Source: a virus. From it: a stretch of 64,000 bases of DNA. Shown here piece by piece: positions 21,841-31,626 of this stretch (its first letter is position 1; each line of letters begins with the position of its first letter). The stretch lies in the IMG/VR virus record IMGVR_UViG_3300030397_000229, positions 42,972 to 106,971 of that record, one strand, 5' to 3'. The notes beneath the pieces were generated by a model. It searched no databases. It was not told the DNA's origin and saw only the letters and a list, made by a program, of their open reading frames with translations. Made by a program: the position numbers and the translations under genes.

Positions 21841-22933
21841 TAGCTTCGGCCCGGCTCTGCCTCCTGGTTCAGAGGCATTCATGGGCGAAGATGGCTCAGA
21901 CTTTGACGAATTCATCGTGGATGATACCGGGATGATGTGTCTAGCAGCAGGTGTCGGGGGAGTGTTGGTCCCCGAGAGTGCTCAGATAGTCGAAGTATGC
22001 CAGGACCCCAATGACTTGAACATAGTGTTCATGAGGGTAACTGTCACAGGGCCATACCTATATACTCCTGTATGCACTGTCAAGGCTGACGGTGGTGAGC
22101 GCATCAATGTAGATGGATACTTCGTCTCAAACTATAAGGCTGAAGGTGTATCCTCATTCCCGATTGACTTAGACTGTGCCTCTAAGACAGTACTGCTGGC
22201 CTATCGTATGGGTAGTGCGATACCACAGTTTGCATCTGTCAAAGAGCTGGAGATCACACTGAGGTTTAACGGTGACTCCAGTGGTATCAGTGAAGATCCT
22301 GTAGTACAGGATATATTTACCTCAGTCAACCCAGAAGACATGATAGTCTTCGCCAAGGGGTTGTCCCCAGACCCATTCCTCCTGTTCCTCGATCCTACGA
22401 GCGGCAAGCTTAAGATCCAGTTTGCCAACCTAGGTGATATACCATGTCAGTGTGCCATTGACTGTGTCGTGCCTTCTGAGGATGACTTTGGTATCACGGT
22501 ATGCGAGGATGAAATACAAGAGATCACCGTAGACAAGACTTCTATAGTAGGTGATCCGACATTAATAAACCTTGTCTTTAGGGATAGTACAGGCAACGTT
22601 ACGAATGTCGATGTGCAGGCTATGTTAGGTGTTGATCCACGCACACCTGGTGCTCTTAGGCTTGAAGTACCGAATAGAGTGAACGTCAACTTATTCTATG
22701 AGACTACTAACGCTTCCAGGCTTGACCCAACTAAGTTGAGCTATCAGATCTGGAAGTACAAGAACAACCAGGACAATGCGTTTATATTCAAGGACTGGTC
22801 CTCTAAGCCATGGACTACATTCGTTGATGACGATGTAGAAAGTGGTCAAGAGTATGGCTATGCTGTACGATTTAGAGGTGAGTTCAGGGATGTGAGCAAC
22901 TTCTCTAGCTGGACTGCTGTCGAGATTCCGTAA
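21827..22933 (+). CDS. Virion protein with C-terminal fibronectin type III domain
   Basis: 368 aa ending 'SYQIWKY...WTTFVDDDVESGQEYGYAVRFRGEFRDVSNFS', an FN3 signature. Confidence 0.65.
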   Translation: MVQSSSFGPALPPGSEAFMGEDGSDFDEFIVDDTGMMCLAAGVGGVLVPESAQIVEVCQDPNDLNIVFMRVTVTGPYLYTPVCTVKADGGERINVDGYFVSNYKAEGVSSFPIDLDCASKTVLLAYRMGSAIPQFASVKELEITLRFNGDSSGISEDPVVQDIFTSVNPEDMIVFAKGLSPDPFLLFLDPTSGKLKIQFANLGDIPCQCAIDCVVPSEDDFGITVCEDEIQEITVDKTSIVGDPTLINLVFRDSTGNVTNVDVQAMLGVDPRTPGALRLEVPNRVNVNLFYETTNASRLDPTKLSYQIWKYKNNQDNAFIFKDWSSKPWTTFVDDDVESGQEYGYAVRFRGEFRDVSNFSSWTAVEIP

Positions 22934-25900
22934 ATGACGTTTAAGCCACAGTACAACCTATGGTCGACTGACGACTTCAACTCTGACGAGGGTTTCACTT
23001 ATGACAACCCTGGTGAGTTTGAAGTTACTGGTGGTACTACCCGCCTCATACCAGTCAACTATAACACTGGGTCATATAGCTATAACTCAGAGCTCGACCC
23101 AGTTACTGGATGGTTCCTAGAGAACAGCCTTGATGACATAGATACTGTCACAGGTGAGTTCGCTGTTTTTGCCAATGGTTCTGGCTTTTACGGGAATATC
23201 GGGACCTTTGCTGGACAGGGATTCCTAACTGATACACCCACAGTTACTACTGGTGCTGATGGGTCATGGGAGTCTGGTCACTATGCATGCTGGGTAGATA
23301 ATACTATCGCATCAAACGGTAGCTTCACTCTAGAGTTTGATGTAAGAACTATACCTAGTGACACCAACCATGCCCTGGATAATGGCACAGGGATGACAGG
23401 CGTAGTCAATCATGGTATATTTATAGCTGCGACCAACTGCTTCTCATTCATTGAGGTACACCCTGAAGGGCTGAAGGTACACGGTGTATCAGGCGCCATC
23501 CTGCCTGGTGACTTCACCAGCTCTATGAAGAGAGTGAGAGTGGCTGGCTTTAATGTTCTTACAGATGGCGACCTAGCTATAGCCACATCAGATGGCCAGA
23601 CACTATTTGTTGATCAAGCCTTCCAGGACATCAGTAATGGTGTGCCCACTACCCTCATGTCTTTCGGTGCCTTCCCGCTCACAGGCATCCAGGATATCAG
23701 TGGACATGTAGGTGGTCAGTTCCCTGACTTCACACAGTTCTATGACGATCAGGGCATCACAGGCTTTGCAGCCTTCGAAGGTAGGACTATATGGGACAAC
23801 TATAACGCTATCTTCAATGAGGCTGTCATCAAGCACCCAGATGCTGTACTCACTGAGTTCCCACAGGGACTCAAGACTATGTACACAGCTCCATGGTATC
23901 CCAATGCAGCACTGGATCAGTATCTCGGCGCATACGTAGAGCTCATACCACTCTCTGGTGGCCATACTATAGTCACACCTCAGGTGAGACAGCCTAGTGG
24001 TCTGTTCGGTGAGGAACAGTTCATTGATATCCCCAACGCTGATGCTATCACTATTGATGGCCCCTCACAGCAGGACAACGTCAGATATATAGATCTATCT
24101 GATACGCCTGTTTATCAACCACCTTTCCTGAACCAAATTAGGTTTAAGATAGAGGCTGAGTCAGTAGATGGTGCTCCACCTGAGATAGATACTATCACAG
24201 CTATAGCAAAGTCTCCTGGTTACTGCGCTAAGATAGTCCCCAACTGGAAGGTCACATCACTACCACAGGATGTGTTCTTTATCAGTGACACCGACAAATA
24301 CAATGACCTCATACCACCTCCTCACCATGAGGATCTGGTCTATCTACATAACGAGGCCAACAGGTTTGACATAGATACTGACGACTCTGTCAGTGGCTTT
24401 ATCCCATCTGCACCCTCTGGCAATGTCAAGACTATTGACTTCATAGATGGCGCACAGGGTCTACGTGGTATACAGGACGGCGTGCATGGTCCTGCCTTCA
24501 GAAACTTCGTGCCCATTGAATCCTACAGTGGTAACTTCTTCAGCCAGACTACTCAGGCTATCAATGAGGATGATATATTTGTTGGTGAGATCCTTGACTC
24601 ACTCGGCAGACATCCATTTAATGATGTAGGTCAGAGCACAGTTACTGGTGGTGACTTCACAGTGAGCTTCAATGTAGAAGACTACACCACTATAGCTGGT
24701 GAGATGCTCAAGGTGCAGACTGTCAGAGTATCTAATTACACTGGCCAGGTTGGCGATGTGGTCCAGGATGTGGGCCTTGCTGCTACCGGAGTATTCATAC
24801 CAACTGGTGCTAACAACGTGGTATCTGTGGTTGAGGGTGTCATAGAGATACCTAAGGGCCCAGGTGTCGTGGTAACTATACACGAGGTGGAGCAGAAGCA
24901 CCAGTACTTCCTGGAGGGTAATAACTATAGAGAGCCTACCAAGTTTGGTGTGGCTACTGTGTTCACTGGTGCACACACCACTAATGCACAGCAGGAAGAC
25001 ACCTATGTGTCCCTTGGTGTCAGACCACGTCAGTCAAATACTACTGGCACTCTAGATCCAGAGTTTGGCGATTGGATCACTGCTATAGAGAACAACGCTG
25101 ATGATGAGTTCATACTGTATAGCCTAACAGGTTATACGGCAGACCATGTCTTCGTGCAGTATGACAACATAAGTGGCAATGCAATAAGACAGCCTGCACA
25201 TCTAGACCCGGATGTATTCAGTACATCTGATGACTATAGACCAGTCCACAGAGATTCTTTCCTGCTAGAGGGGTGGTTCAGACCCTTCGGTCTTACAGAG
25301 GGTATAGAGAGCGATACGGCTATGCTGGCTGAGGTGTACCACGGCTCCCCACATACAGCTGCCATAGAGGTCAGGCTTGATAGAAGTGGTCAGGTAACAG
25401 CCAACTTCAATGCTGGTGTGCACAAGGCCTCCTACGGTGAAGAGACAGACGATGTAGAGAACATAGGTCCTGACACCAACGGCTGGGTGACCACAGGCAA
25501 TACCAATATGTTCTCTCTGTCAAGCTCCCTGAACAGAATAGCATGGGGTGCCTGGAATCATATAGGTCTGGTACTTGAGAGCAGAGCTATAGGTGACACT
25601 ACCTGGGCAGCGAATCAACCACAACTGCCTAACTACACTGGCAACCTGCTCCACGGCGCTCGCTCCTCCATGGTCTACCTGTCAGTCAACTCAGAGATAG
25701 TTGATGCAGTAGATATATCACCTAACAACTATGCAGGTAGAACAGGCGAGGCAGATGCCAACACAGTAGATGCATGGCCACCACTTGTCAGGGATGCCTT
25801 CAATTCAACAGACAAGAGTGTGCTGATCGGCTCTGGAGTGGTGTGTGACTTTGACCATGTACGGTACGGTGTGCGTAGTACAGCAGATGCCCTAACCACG

Positions 25901-28132
25901 CTGAACACGTTTGGCTACAAGGACACACCTCCTCAGTTCGTGCCCTTCGATGCACCCAAGCCTTCTGACCCAGTATCTGGCGGGGTCTCACACCAAGAGT
26001 TTGCACATATCTATAGGTTCGATAGACCTAACCAATACGTTGGTTGGGACGATGGCTTCGCCCCATCTCACCTCATATTCGAGATGCACACAGGCCACTC
26101 TCTCCTTGACAGCTATGGTATTAGATCAGACGACTTCCTTCAGGTAGTTGATGGTCCTCATGGCAGACCAGCACTGCGTATAGGCCCAGGTGCCAATGCC
26201 TACGTGCCGTGGAGTGCATTTGATGAGCGTACATTTAATGGCACTGGCTGCTTTGAGTTTAATGATAACTCAACCAGCTCTCTCTATAGCTCTAGTGGTG
26301 CTCTACTATGGCCCGATAGAGTTGGGTATGAGTATGAGAGACGTACTGCCAATGGTCACTGGAGATTCCATACCAAGATCATGTTCAACACGTTGCCAGC
26401 CAATGACAGCCATGCAAATGCTATAGCTGATTTCATTACGTTGGACGACTCATCTGACATGGCTGAGTATGGCCTTGGCCAGGCATACTTTGGTATTGAC
26501 CAGGATGGCTTTATCAATTGGGGTACTAGATATAACTACAACAGTGCTGCTTCTGCATCTGAGAGAGTAGGTCCATTCAGCAGTGTTGCTCAGCTTACCA
26601 CTGGTGTGTGGTATGATATAGGTGGAGACATCTTCTTGTCTGACCTAGATGACAAGCAGCCCTTCATGAACCTATACGTCAGTGGCCAGCTAGACACAGA
26701 GAAAACACTCACGATTGGCCCAGGAGGTGGTATAGCTTCCACACAAGGTAGAGCTATGGGCTTCCTTGGTGCTCTAAACGATAACGAGTACAAATCTAGA
26801 TGGCGCATAGGTGGTGATATACCCAGAGAGAATAGAGCCTCAGCTATAGGCAACTGGGAATACTTCCATTCAGATATATCAGTGCAAGACTTTGTCATAG
26901 GTTATTCCTTTGATGACATGGATGTCTCTGAAAACCACAGGGACATCTCCTACTGGGACTTCGCACGCTTGGCAGGAACAGGGCTGTACACGGGCCACAC
27001 TGATGTAGCCGTTGTGAATAACACCGGAGTGGTAGGTCCCGTGTATGGCACTGGCCAGATGCCTAATGTTTTCTTCACAGGTGTCGTAGAGTATCCTGCA
27101 ACCCCATTCTCAGACGCAGGACAGAAGCTTTTGTTCTCTACTGCTAATGGCGGGAATGACTTTGAGGGGCTGGCTATGTTCGGGTTGCCGTTATTCGGCG
27201 ACGGAACATTTGTTAACGCTGAGTCCTACTATGCTGTATATGAAAACGATAATGCATCAGAGGTACTAGGTACCACAGACAGTCCGATACAAATAGGTGG
27301 CAGTGTCCCGAGGGATAGTGTCAACCTTGCCCTAGTTACCACGAAAGAGTGGTCAACCCCAGCAGCTTCCACGACATTCGATTTATCTGATGATAACTAC
27401 GCTAATGTTACTAATAAGCTGCAAGGGGACTTTACCACGCAAGATAATCTTTCTGCTAGTGGCCTTAGTGGTATTATCGGGCTAGGTATAGACTCTGATG
27501 AAGTGAGACTCAGTAGCACTGCTCTGTGGGATGGACAAGCAGCCACACAGAACATAGGCTACTTTATGCATCTTGTAGGTGGTGAAGACAAGGGTGTGTA
27601 TGTACCCAATGCTATACCACAGTCAGGTATCAGCACTGGTGAGTACTTCACTAACCTCAATAAGATCAAAGAGGCTATCACCATTAATGATAGGGATGGC
27701 AACCCTATACCATGGGAAACCTTCCCCTATGACATCATAGCCACCCCGTATGGTCCTGACTCAGCCGATCAGATAGAGTCAGTACTGGATGAGGTGTTCA
27801 TCCCCACTACTGGTGGGTTCCACGGTGACATAGCCAACGAAGAAGGTGTGTTTACTGTCCTTGTGGTGGCTGGACCACAGAGCATCGGGCAGTCAGTCTT
27901 CATACACTATCCTTCCAAGACATACGATGGTGAGGACATCAACCTGATGGACAAGGAGGTCTACAACCCTGTACCACTAATGAGAGAGCAACTAGTGCAT
28001 AGTGTCTTCTTGGCTGATGGCACGTTCAATGGACAGACTGGCTACTTCAGCGTGATACCTAGACATGACCTAAGAGACTACTTCGTCACTATATGGCATG
28101 CTGACATAGAGGGTTGGGACGACAAGGCATAA
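22934..28132 (+). CDS. Very large virion protein with concanavalin A/LamG-like domains
   Basis: 1732 aa with 'FLLEGWFRP...IEVRLDRSGQV...GAWNHIGLV...VYLSVNSE' and 'FHTKIMFN...GVWYDIG...MNLYVSGQL' LamG-like motifs. Confidence 0.65.
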   Translation: MTFKPQYNLWSTDDFNSDEGFTYDNPGEFEVTGGTTRLIPVNYNTGSYSYNSELDPVTGWFLENSLDDIDTVTGEFAVFANGSGFYGNIGTFAGQGFLTDTPTVTTGADGSWESGHYACWVDNTIASNGSFTLEFDVRTIPSDTNHALDNGTGMTGVVNHGIFIAATNCFSFIEVHPEGLKVHGVSGAILPGDFTSSMKRVRVAGFNVLTDGDLAIATSDGQTLFVDQAFQDISNGVPTTLMSFGAFPLTGIQDISGHVGGQFPDFTQFYDDQGITGFAAFEGRTIWDNYNAIFNEAVIKHPDAVLTEFPQGLKTMYTAPWYPNAALDQYLGAYVELIPLSGGHTIVTPQVRQPSGLFGEEQFIDIPNADAITIDGPSQQDNVRYIDLSDTPVYQPPFLNQIRFKIEAESVDGAPPEIDTITAIAKSPGYCAKIVPNWKVTSLPQDVFFISDTDKYNDLIPPPHHEDLVYLHNEANRFDIDTDDSVSGFIPSAPSGNVKTIDFIDGAQGLRGIQDGVHGPAFRNFVPIESYSGNFFSQTTQAINEDDIFVGEILDSLGRHPFNDVGQSTVTGGDFTVSFNVEDYTTIAGEMLKVQTVRVSNYTGQVGDVVQDVGLAATGVFIPTGANNVVSVVEGVIEIPKGPGVVVTIHEVEQKHQYFLEGNNYREPTKFGVATVFTGAHTTNAQQEDTYVSLGVRPRQSNTTGTLDPEFGDWITAIENNADDEFILYSLTGYTADHVFVQYDNISGNAIRQPAHLDPDVFSTSDDYRPVHRDSFLLEGWFRPFGLTEGIESDTAMLAEVYHGSPHTAAIEVRLDRSGQVTANFNAGVHKASYGEETDDVENIGPDTNGWVTTGNTNMFSLSSSLNRIAWGAWNHIGLVLESRAIGDTTWAANQPQLPNYTGNLLHGARSSMVYLSVNSEIVDAVDISPNNYAGRTGEADANTVDAWPPLVRDAFNSTDKSVLIGSGVVCDFDHVRYGVRSTADALTTLNTFGYKDTPPQFVPFDAPKPSDPVSGGVSHQEFAHIYRFDRPNQYVGWDDGFAPSHLIFEMHTGHSLLDSYGIRSDDFLQVVDGPHGRPALRIGPGANAYVPWSAFDERTFNGTGCFEFNDNSTSSLYSSSGALLWPDRVGYEYERRTANGHWRFHTKIMFNTLPANDSHANAIADFITLDDSSDMAEYGLGQAYFGIDQDGFINWGTRYNYNSAASASERVGPFSSVAQLTTGVWYDIGGDIFLSDLDDKQPFMNLYVSGQLDTEKTLTIGPGGGIASTQGRAMGFLGALNDNEYKSRWRIGGDIPRENRASAIGNWEYFHSDISVQDFVIGYSFDDMDVSENHRDISYWDFARLAGTGLYTGHTDVAVVNNTGVVGPVYGTGQMPNVFFTGVVEYPATPFSDAGQKLLFSTANGGNDFEGLAMFGLPLFGDGTFVNAESYYAVYENDNASEVLGTTDSPIQIGGSVPRDSVNLALVTTKEWSTPAASTTFDLSDDNYANVTNKLQGDFTTQDNLSASGLSGIIGLGIDSDEVRLSSTALWDGQAATQNIGYFMHLVGGEDKGVYVPNAIPQSGISTGEYFTNLNKIKEAITINDRDGNPIPWETFPYDIIATPYGPDSADQIESVLDEVFIPTTGGFHGDIANEEGVFTVLVVAGPQSIGQSVFIHYPSKTYDGEDINLMDKEVYNPVPLMREQLVHSVFLADGTFNGQTGYFSVIPRHDLRDYFVTIWHADIEGWDDKA

Positions 28133-31100
28133 TGAGTGGACTATCTAAGAGAACCCTGGGCTACATGAGAAAGCTCGTTGCCAGCCGTAACGTACGGCCG
28201 GTAGGGTGCATTCTATTCTTCGACCCACTCTTCCCTGATGGTGACACCACATATCAAGTGGTCCTCACTGACACTACTATAGGTATAACAGACGGCAGTG
28301 ATCCGTATACGATCGACTATACTGGTAAGTCTACCAGACAGATAGTAACTGAGCTGTCTACCTCTCCGTTCCCTGTAGAGGTGAGAGTCCTACTAAATGT
28401 GCCAAGCTTATCTAGTGGTGACCTGGGTGCTTCTGGTAATAATATACCTCAGTCCTTTGATATAGAAGACCGTACAACAGATGGCAAGGGCTGTATAGTC
28501 AGACTGAAGCGCTGGTCTGTCACCTATGACAAGCTGTCTAATATAGATGTCAAGCCACCGTATTTTGAAGGACCATCACTACCGTGGTTCGTTAGAATAG
28601 GGAATGGTGCCTTCTCACAGAGAGTGAAGGGCATCACATATAAGTTCGGCGTCCCTGAGTATGAGACCCAGGTGTGGTCTGAGACATGGGGAGCTCCTTT
28701 CGTTGATGTAGGTGGGGAGCAAGCCAAGTTTGTAACTCCTAAAGCTATCCAGCTTTCTAAGTTCCCCATCTACTTTAAAAACAATAATATAGTAATCACA
28801 GGCACTGGTGACAGGATATTCCCCACCTCTATTATTGAGGATGTGGATACCATGAACGGACTGGTGTACATCAAGGAGGGAGTAGTCCTACCTTCAGAGG
28901 TAGAGGTCTTCTACACCTATCTTGAGAAGAGCTATATATATAAGAAGATCAATGTCAACGCTCACTTCTTACAAAACCCCTTCCTGCTTGACAAGTATAT
29001 TGTATTCTATGCCAGACCTATAGAGAGCAATGCTGGTCTAAGACGTAGTGAGGGCATAGAGCATGTAGTAGGTGAGTCTATACTTGAGGCCATCAGTGCT
29101 ATACAGGAACTAGATGTAGATGAGCCTATAGCTCTGCTCGGTGCTATTAGTGTCAGAGGCGCTGTAGATCAACGTGACTACAACGTGATAGACACTAGAT
29201 CCTTTGGTGGTGGTCTGCATGAGGACCCAGTAGGCAAAGCTGCCGAGCTCAAGTTTAAGAGATCACAGTACTTCTTCGACATTGGTAGAGTCGAGGGTAT
29301 TCCATATCCAGGCTCGGCATCCATTGTAGTTGAGATACCTCCTGAGCTAAAGGAGGTCATGCCTGTAGCAGAGATCAAGCGTAGAGCTAGTAAGTTTATA
29401 GCTGCTGGCGTGTACCCAGTTTTCAAGTTCACTGAGGACACATACAACGAGCAATTCGAGCAGGGTGATCACAGTGCTGATATATCTCTACTGAAGTACG
29501 ACATAGAACCAGCTAACCCAGAGGCTCTCAGTGCAGCAACAGGTATATTCGGTAGTCGTAATGATGCAGCAGACTGGATTAATCACGATCTATCTATACC
29601 CATCAGCGGCCTATATGGCGACTATACTCCTGATGAACTAGAGGTAGGTCCTGAGATAGATCAAGGGCTGGCTGTGGATTATATGAAGCTCCAGGATGGC
29701 AAGACATATAGAGCTACATATCTCAAGGGACCAGCCGATGCTATATTCTCTTATGAAGAGAGAGGCAGAGGTGGTCAGTGGACTCGCAGAACTATAGTTG
29801 ATGATAGAGAAGTCACAGAGGGTAAGCTAGTAGCTGGCCACATAGATATCAGCGCAGAGCATGGCTACAAAGAGGTCAGAAACTTTACTGGCTTTGCACC
29901 ATACAGGCTGGACGGCATCAAGGAGGATGGATTCTTCCTAGATCTCGTGGGCAGTACTACCCAGATCGTGGAAGATACTCTGATACAGATCAATACTGGC
30001 CTTCAGGTGTCAGAGGTGGCTGATGTAAATGTGGCTACACTCAGAGACTTCTCAGAGGACAACCCAGAGGTCAGGCCCATGATCCGCCCCTTCGTGGATC
30101 ATATAGACACTATGACTGGCATGAATTTCTACTCAAGCCAGACAGTCATAGACGATCTAGTCACTTATATCCATACCAACACAGAGGGTGACGATCAGTT
30201 CCCAGGCAATGACTATAACGGCACATACAATGCCATGGACGAGATCAGTCTCTTTGCTGATCTAGCCAAATACTATATCAACGAACACTCTAACACAGGT
30301 GGTGCAAACGACCCATCAATGACATTCAGTGGCTTTGAGGCATTCTTTGATGGTGACGGTTCCACCAGAGCTCTGGAGTGCTTCTCAGGCGCCCTCTCTA
30401 TAGCCAGAAAGGCCCTAGACATTGATCCATATGCTGGCCAACACATTGAGCCGTTCTATAATCCATCCACCTCAACCACTATACCACTGGTGACAGGCCA
30501 GGGTAACTCTGAGATTGATGAGGGCCTAGACCAGAGCTTCTATCAAGCCAAGTACATCAAGGCCATGGGTGCTCTGTACGCAGCTACCACTATGCCTATA
30601 GAGGCTGACTTCTTCAATGGTCATCTAGAGGACAACAGCAGTGGTCAGTTTGCGCCATTGGACTTCAGCCCAAGAGAGATAGCTATGTCAGGCATGGCCA
30701 ATATGCTCCTGGATTTCAACTCCAGATATGATGAGGCTATACTCAGTGGCGAGGCCTTAGCCCTAGGCTGGCTGTCTAGGTACAATAGAATAGGAACCAT
30801 GGCTGCCGAGATCATGACAGATATCTTGGATGGCTTTGAGAGTGTGTACTACGGCAACGATGAGTGGGCAGGCTGGGTAGGTACAGGCAGCAAGACAGCC
30901 CCTGTGTATCACGCAACGGAGAACGACTTCGATGAATTCCTATGGGATACCAACCTCCACCAGGGCACCACACCTATATTCTTCGGTGGCGCATACTTTG
31001 ATACCCCGAACAGCCTGGTATTCCCCTCTATAGTGAACCTGTACAATGCAGCGCTAGTTGATGTGGGTAATTTCATCTGGGTCAACGCCACCAGAGGTGG

Positions 31101-31626
31101 TATAATCAACCCAGGGACCATAAAATTCCTGGATCTCTATCCTAGATTCGCACAGCACGTCCTGGAAGAGGAGGAGCTCTTCACTATAGCTGGCCTGGAC
31201 GAGGCACACCTCATGAATGTCTTTGAGATAGGCATGGGCGCAGCTCTAAAGGGTAGCCTGTCAGAAGACGGAATACTTATAGAGGGTGGTAGCTTTAAGA
31301 ACCAGCAGGCACCGTTTACTGGGTCTCTTCCCAGTGATATGCTCAAGGCCTGTGGATCAGCTATTAAATACTACAGAGCAGCAGGAGACACAGCCAATGA
31401 GAACAAATGGATGGCCGTCTCTCAGGGGCTGTTCAAGACTATAACAGGAGATTACAACCTGGCAGGTGGCTATCCAAATGACCCAAGATTCGACTCCAGT
31501 GAGACCACCTCAGGTAACCCAGGGCCACTCGATGCATATCTAACCCTGATGGGCAGCATGACTGGCTCCCTGACTGATGCTCAATTCAATGAGTTCACAG
31601 GTGCTATAACTACAAGACTAAGCTAA
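28132..31626 (+). CDS. Large structural protein of large-phage tails, with long C-terminal extension
   Basis: Likely start is the ATG in TAATG at 28132, not TTG 28114. Contains 'DTRSFGGG...FFDIGRVEGIPYPG...KFIAAGV', a motif I recall from large myovirus structural proteins (not verified). Confidence 0.5.
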   Translation: MSGLSKRTLGYMRKLVASRNVRPVGCILFFDPLFPDGDTTYQVVLTDTTIGITDGSDPYTIDYTGKSTRQIVTELSTSPFPVEVRVLLNVPSLSSGDLGASGNNIPQSFDIEDRTTDGKGCIVRLKRWSVTYDKLSNIDVKPPYFEGPSLPWFVRIGNGAFSQRVKGITYKFGVPEYETQVWSETWGAPFVDVGGEQAKFVTPKAIQLSKFPIYFKNNNIVITGTGDRIFPTSIIEDVDTMNGLVYIKEGVVLPSEVEVFYTYLEKSYIYKKINVNAHFLQNPFLLDKYIVFYARPIESNAGLRRSEGIEHVVGESILEAISAIQELDVDEPIALLGAISVRGAVDQRDYNVIDTRSFGGGLHEDPVGKAAELKFKRSQYFFDIGRVEGIPYPGSASIVVEIPPELKEVMPVAEIKRRASKFIAAGVYPVFKFTEDTYNEQFEQGDHSADISLLKYDIEPANPEALSAATGIFGSRNDAADWINHDLSIPISGLYGDYTPDELEVGPEIDQGLAVDYMKLQDGKTYRATYLKGPADAIFSYEERGRGGQWTRRTIVDDREVTEGKLVAGHIDISAEHGYKEVRNFTGFAPYRLDGIKEDGFFLDLVGSTTQIVEDTLIQINTGLQVSEVADVNVATLRDFSEDNPEVRPMIRPFVDHIDTMTGMNFYSSQTVIDDLVTYIHTNTEGDDQFPGNDYNGTYNAMDEISLFADLAKYYINEHSNTGGANDPSMTFSGFEAFFDGDGSTRALECFSGALSIARKALDIDPYAGQHIEPFYNPSTSTTIPLVTGQGNSEIDEGLDQSFYQAKYIKAMGALYAATTMPIEADFFNGHLEDNSSGQFAPLDFSPREIAMSGMANMLLDFNSRYDEAILSGEALALGWLSRYNRIGTMAAEIMTDILDGFESVYYGNDEWAGWVGTGSKTAPVYHATENDFDEFLWDTNLHQGTTPIFFGGAYFDTPNSLVFPSIVNLYNAALVDVGNFIWVNATRGGIINPGTIKFLDLYPRFAQHVLEEEELFTIAGLDEAHLMNVFEIGMGAALKGSLSEDGILIEGGSFKNQQAPFTGSLPSDMLKACGSAIKYYRAAGDTANENKWMAVSQGLFKTITGDYNLAGGYPNDPRFDSSETTSGNPGPLDAYLTLMGSMTGSLTDAQFNEFTGAITTRLS

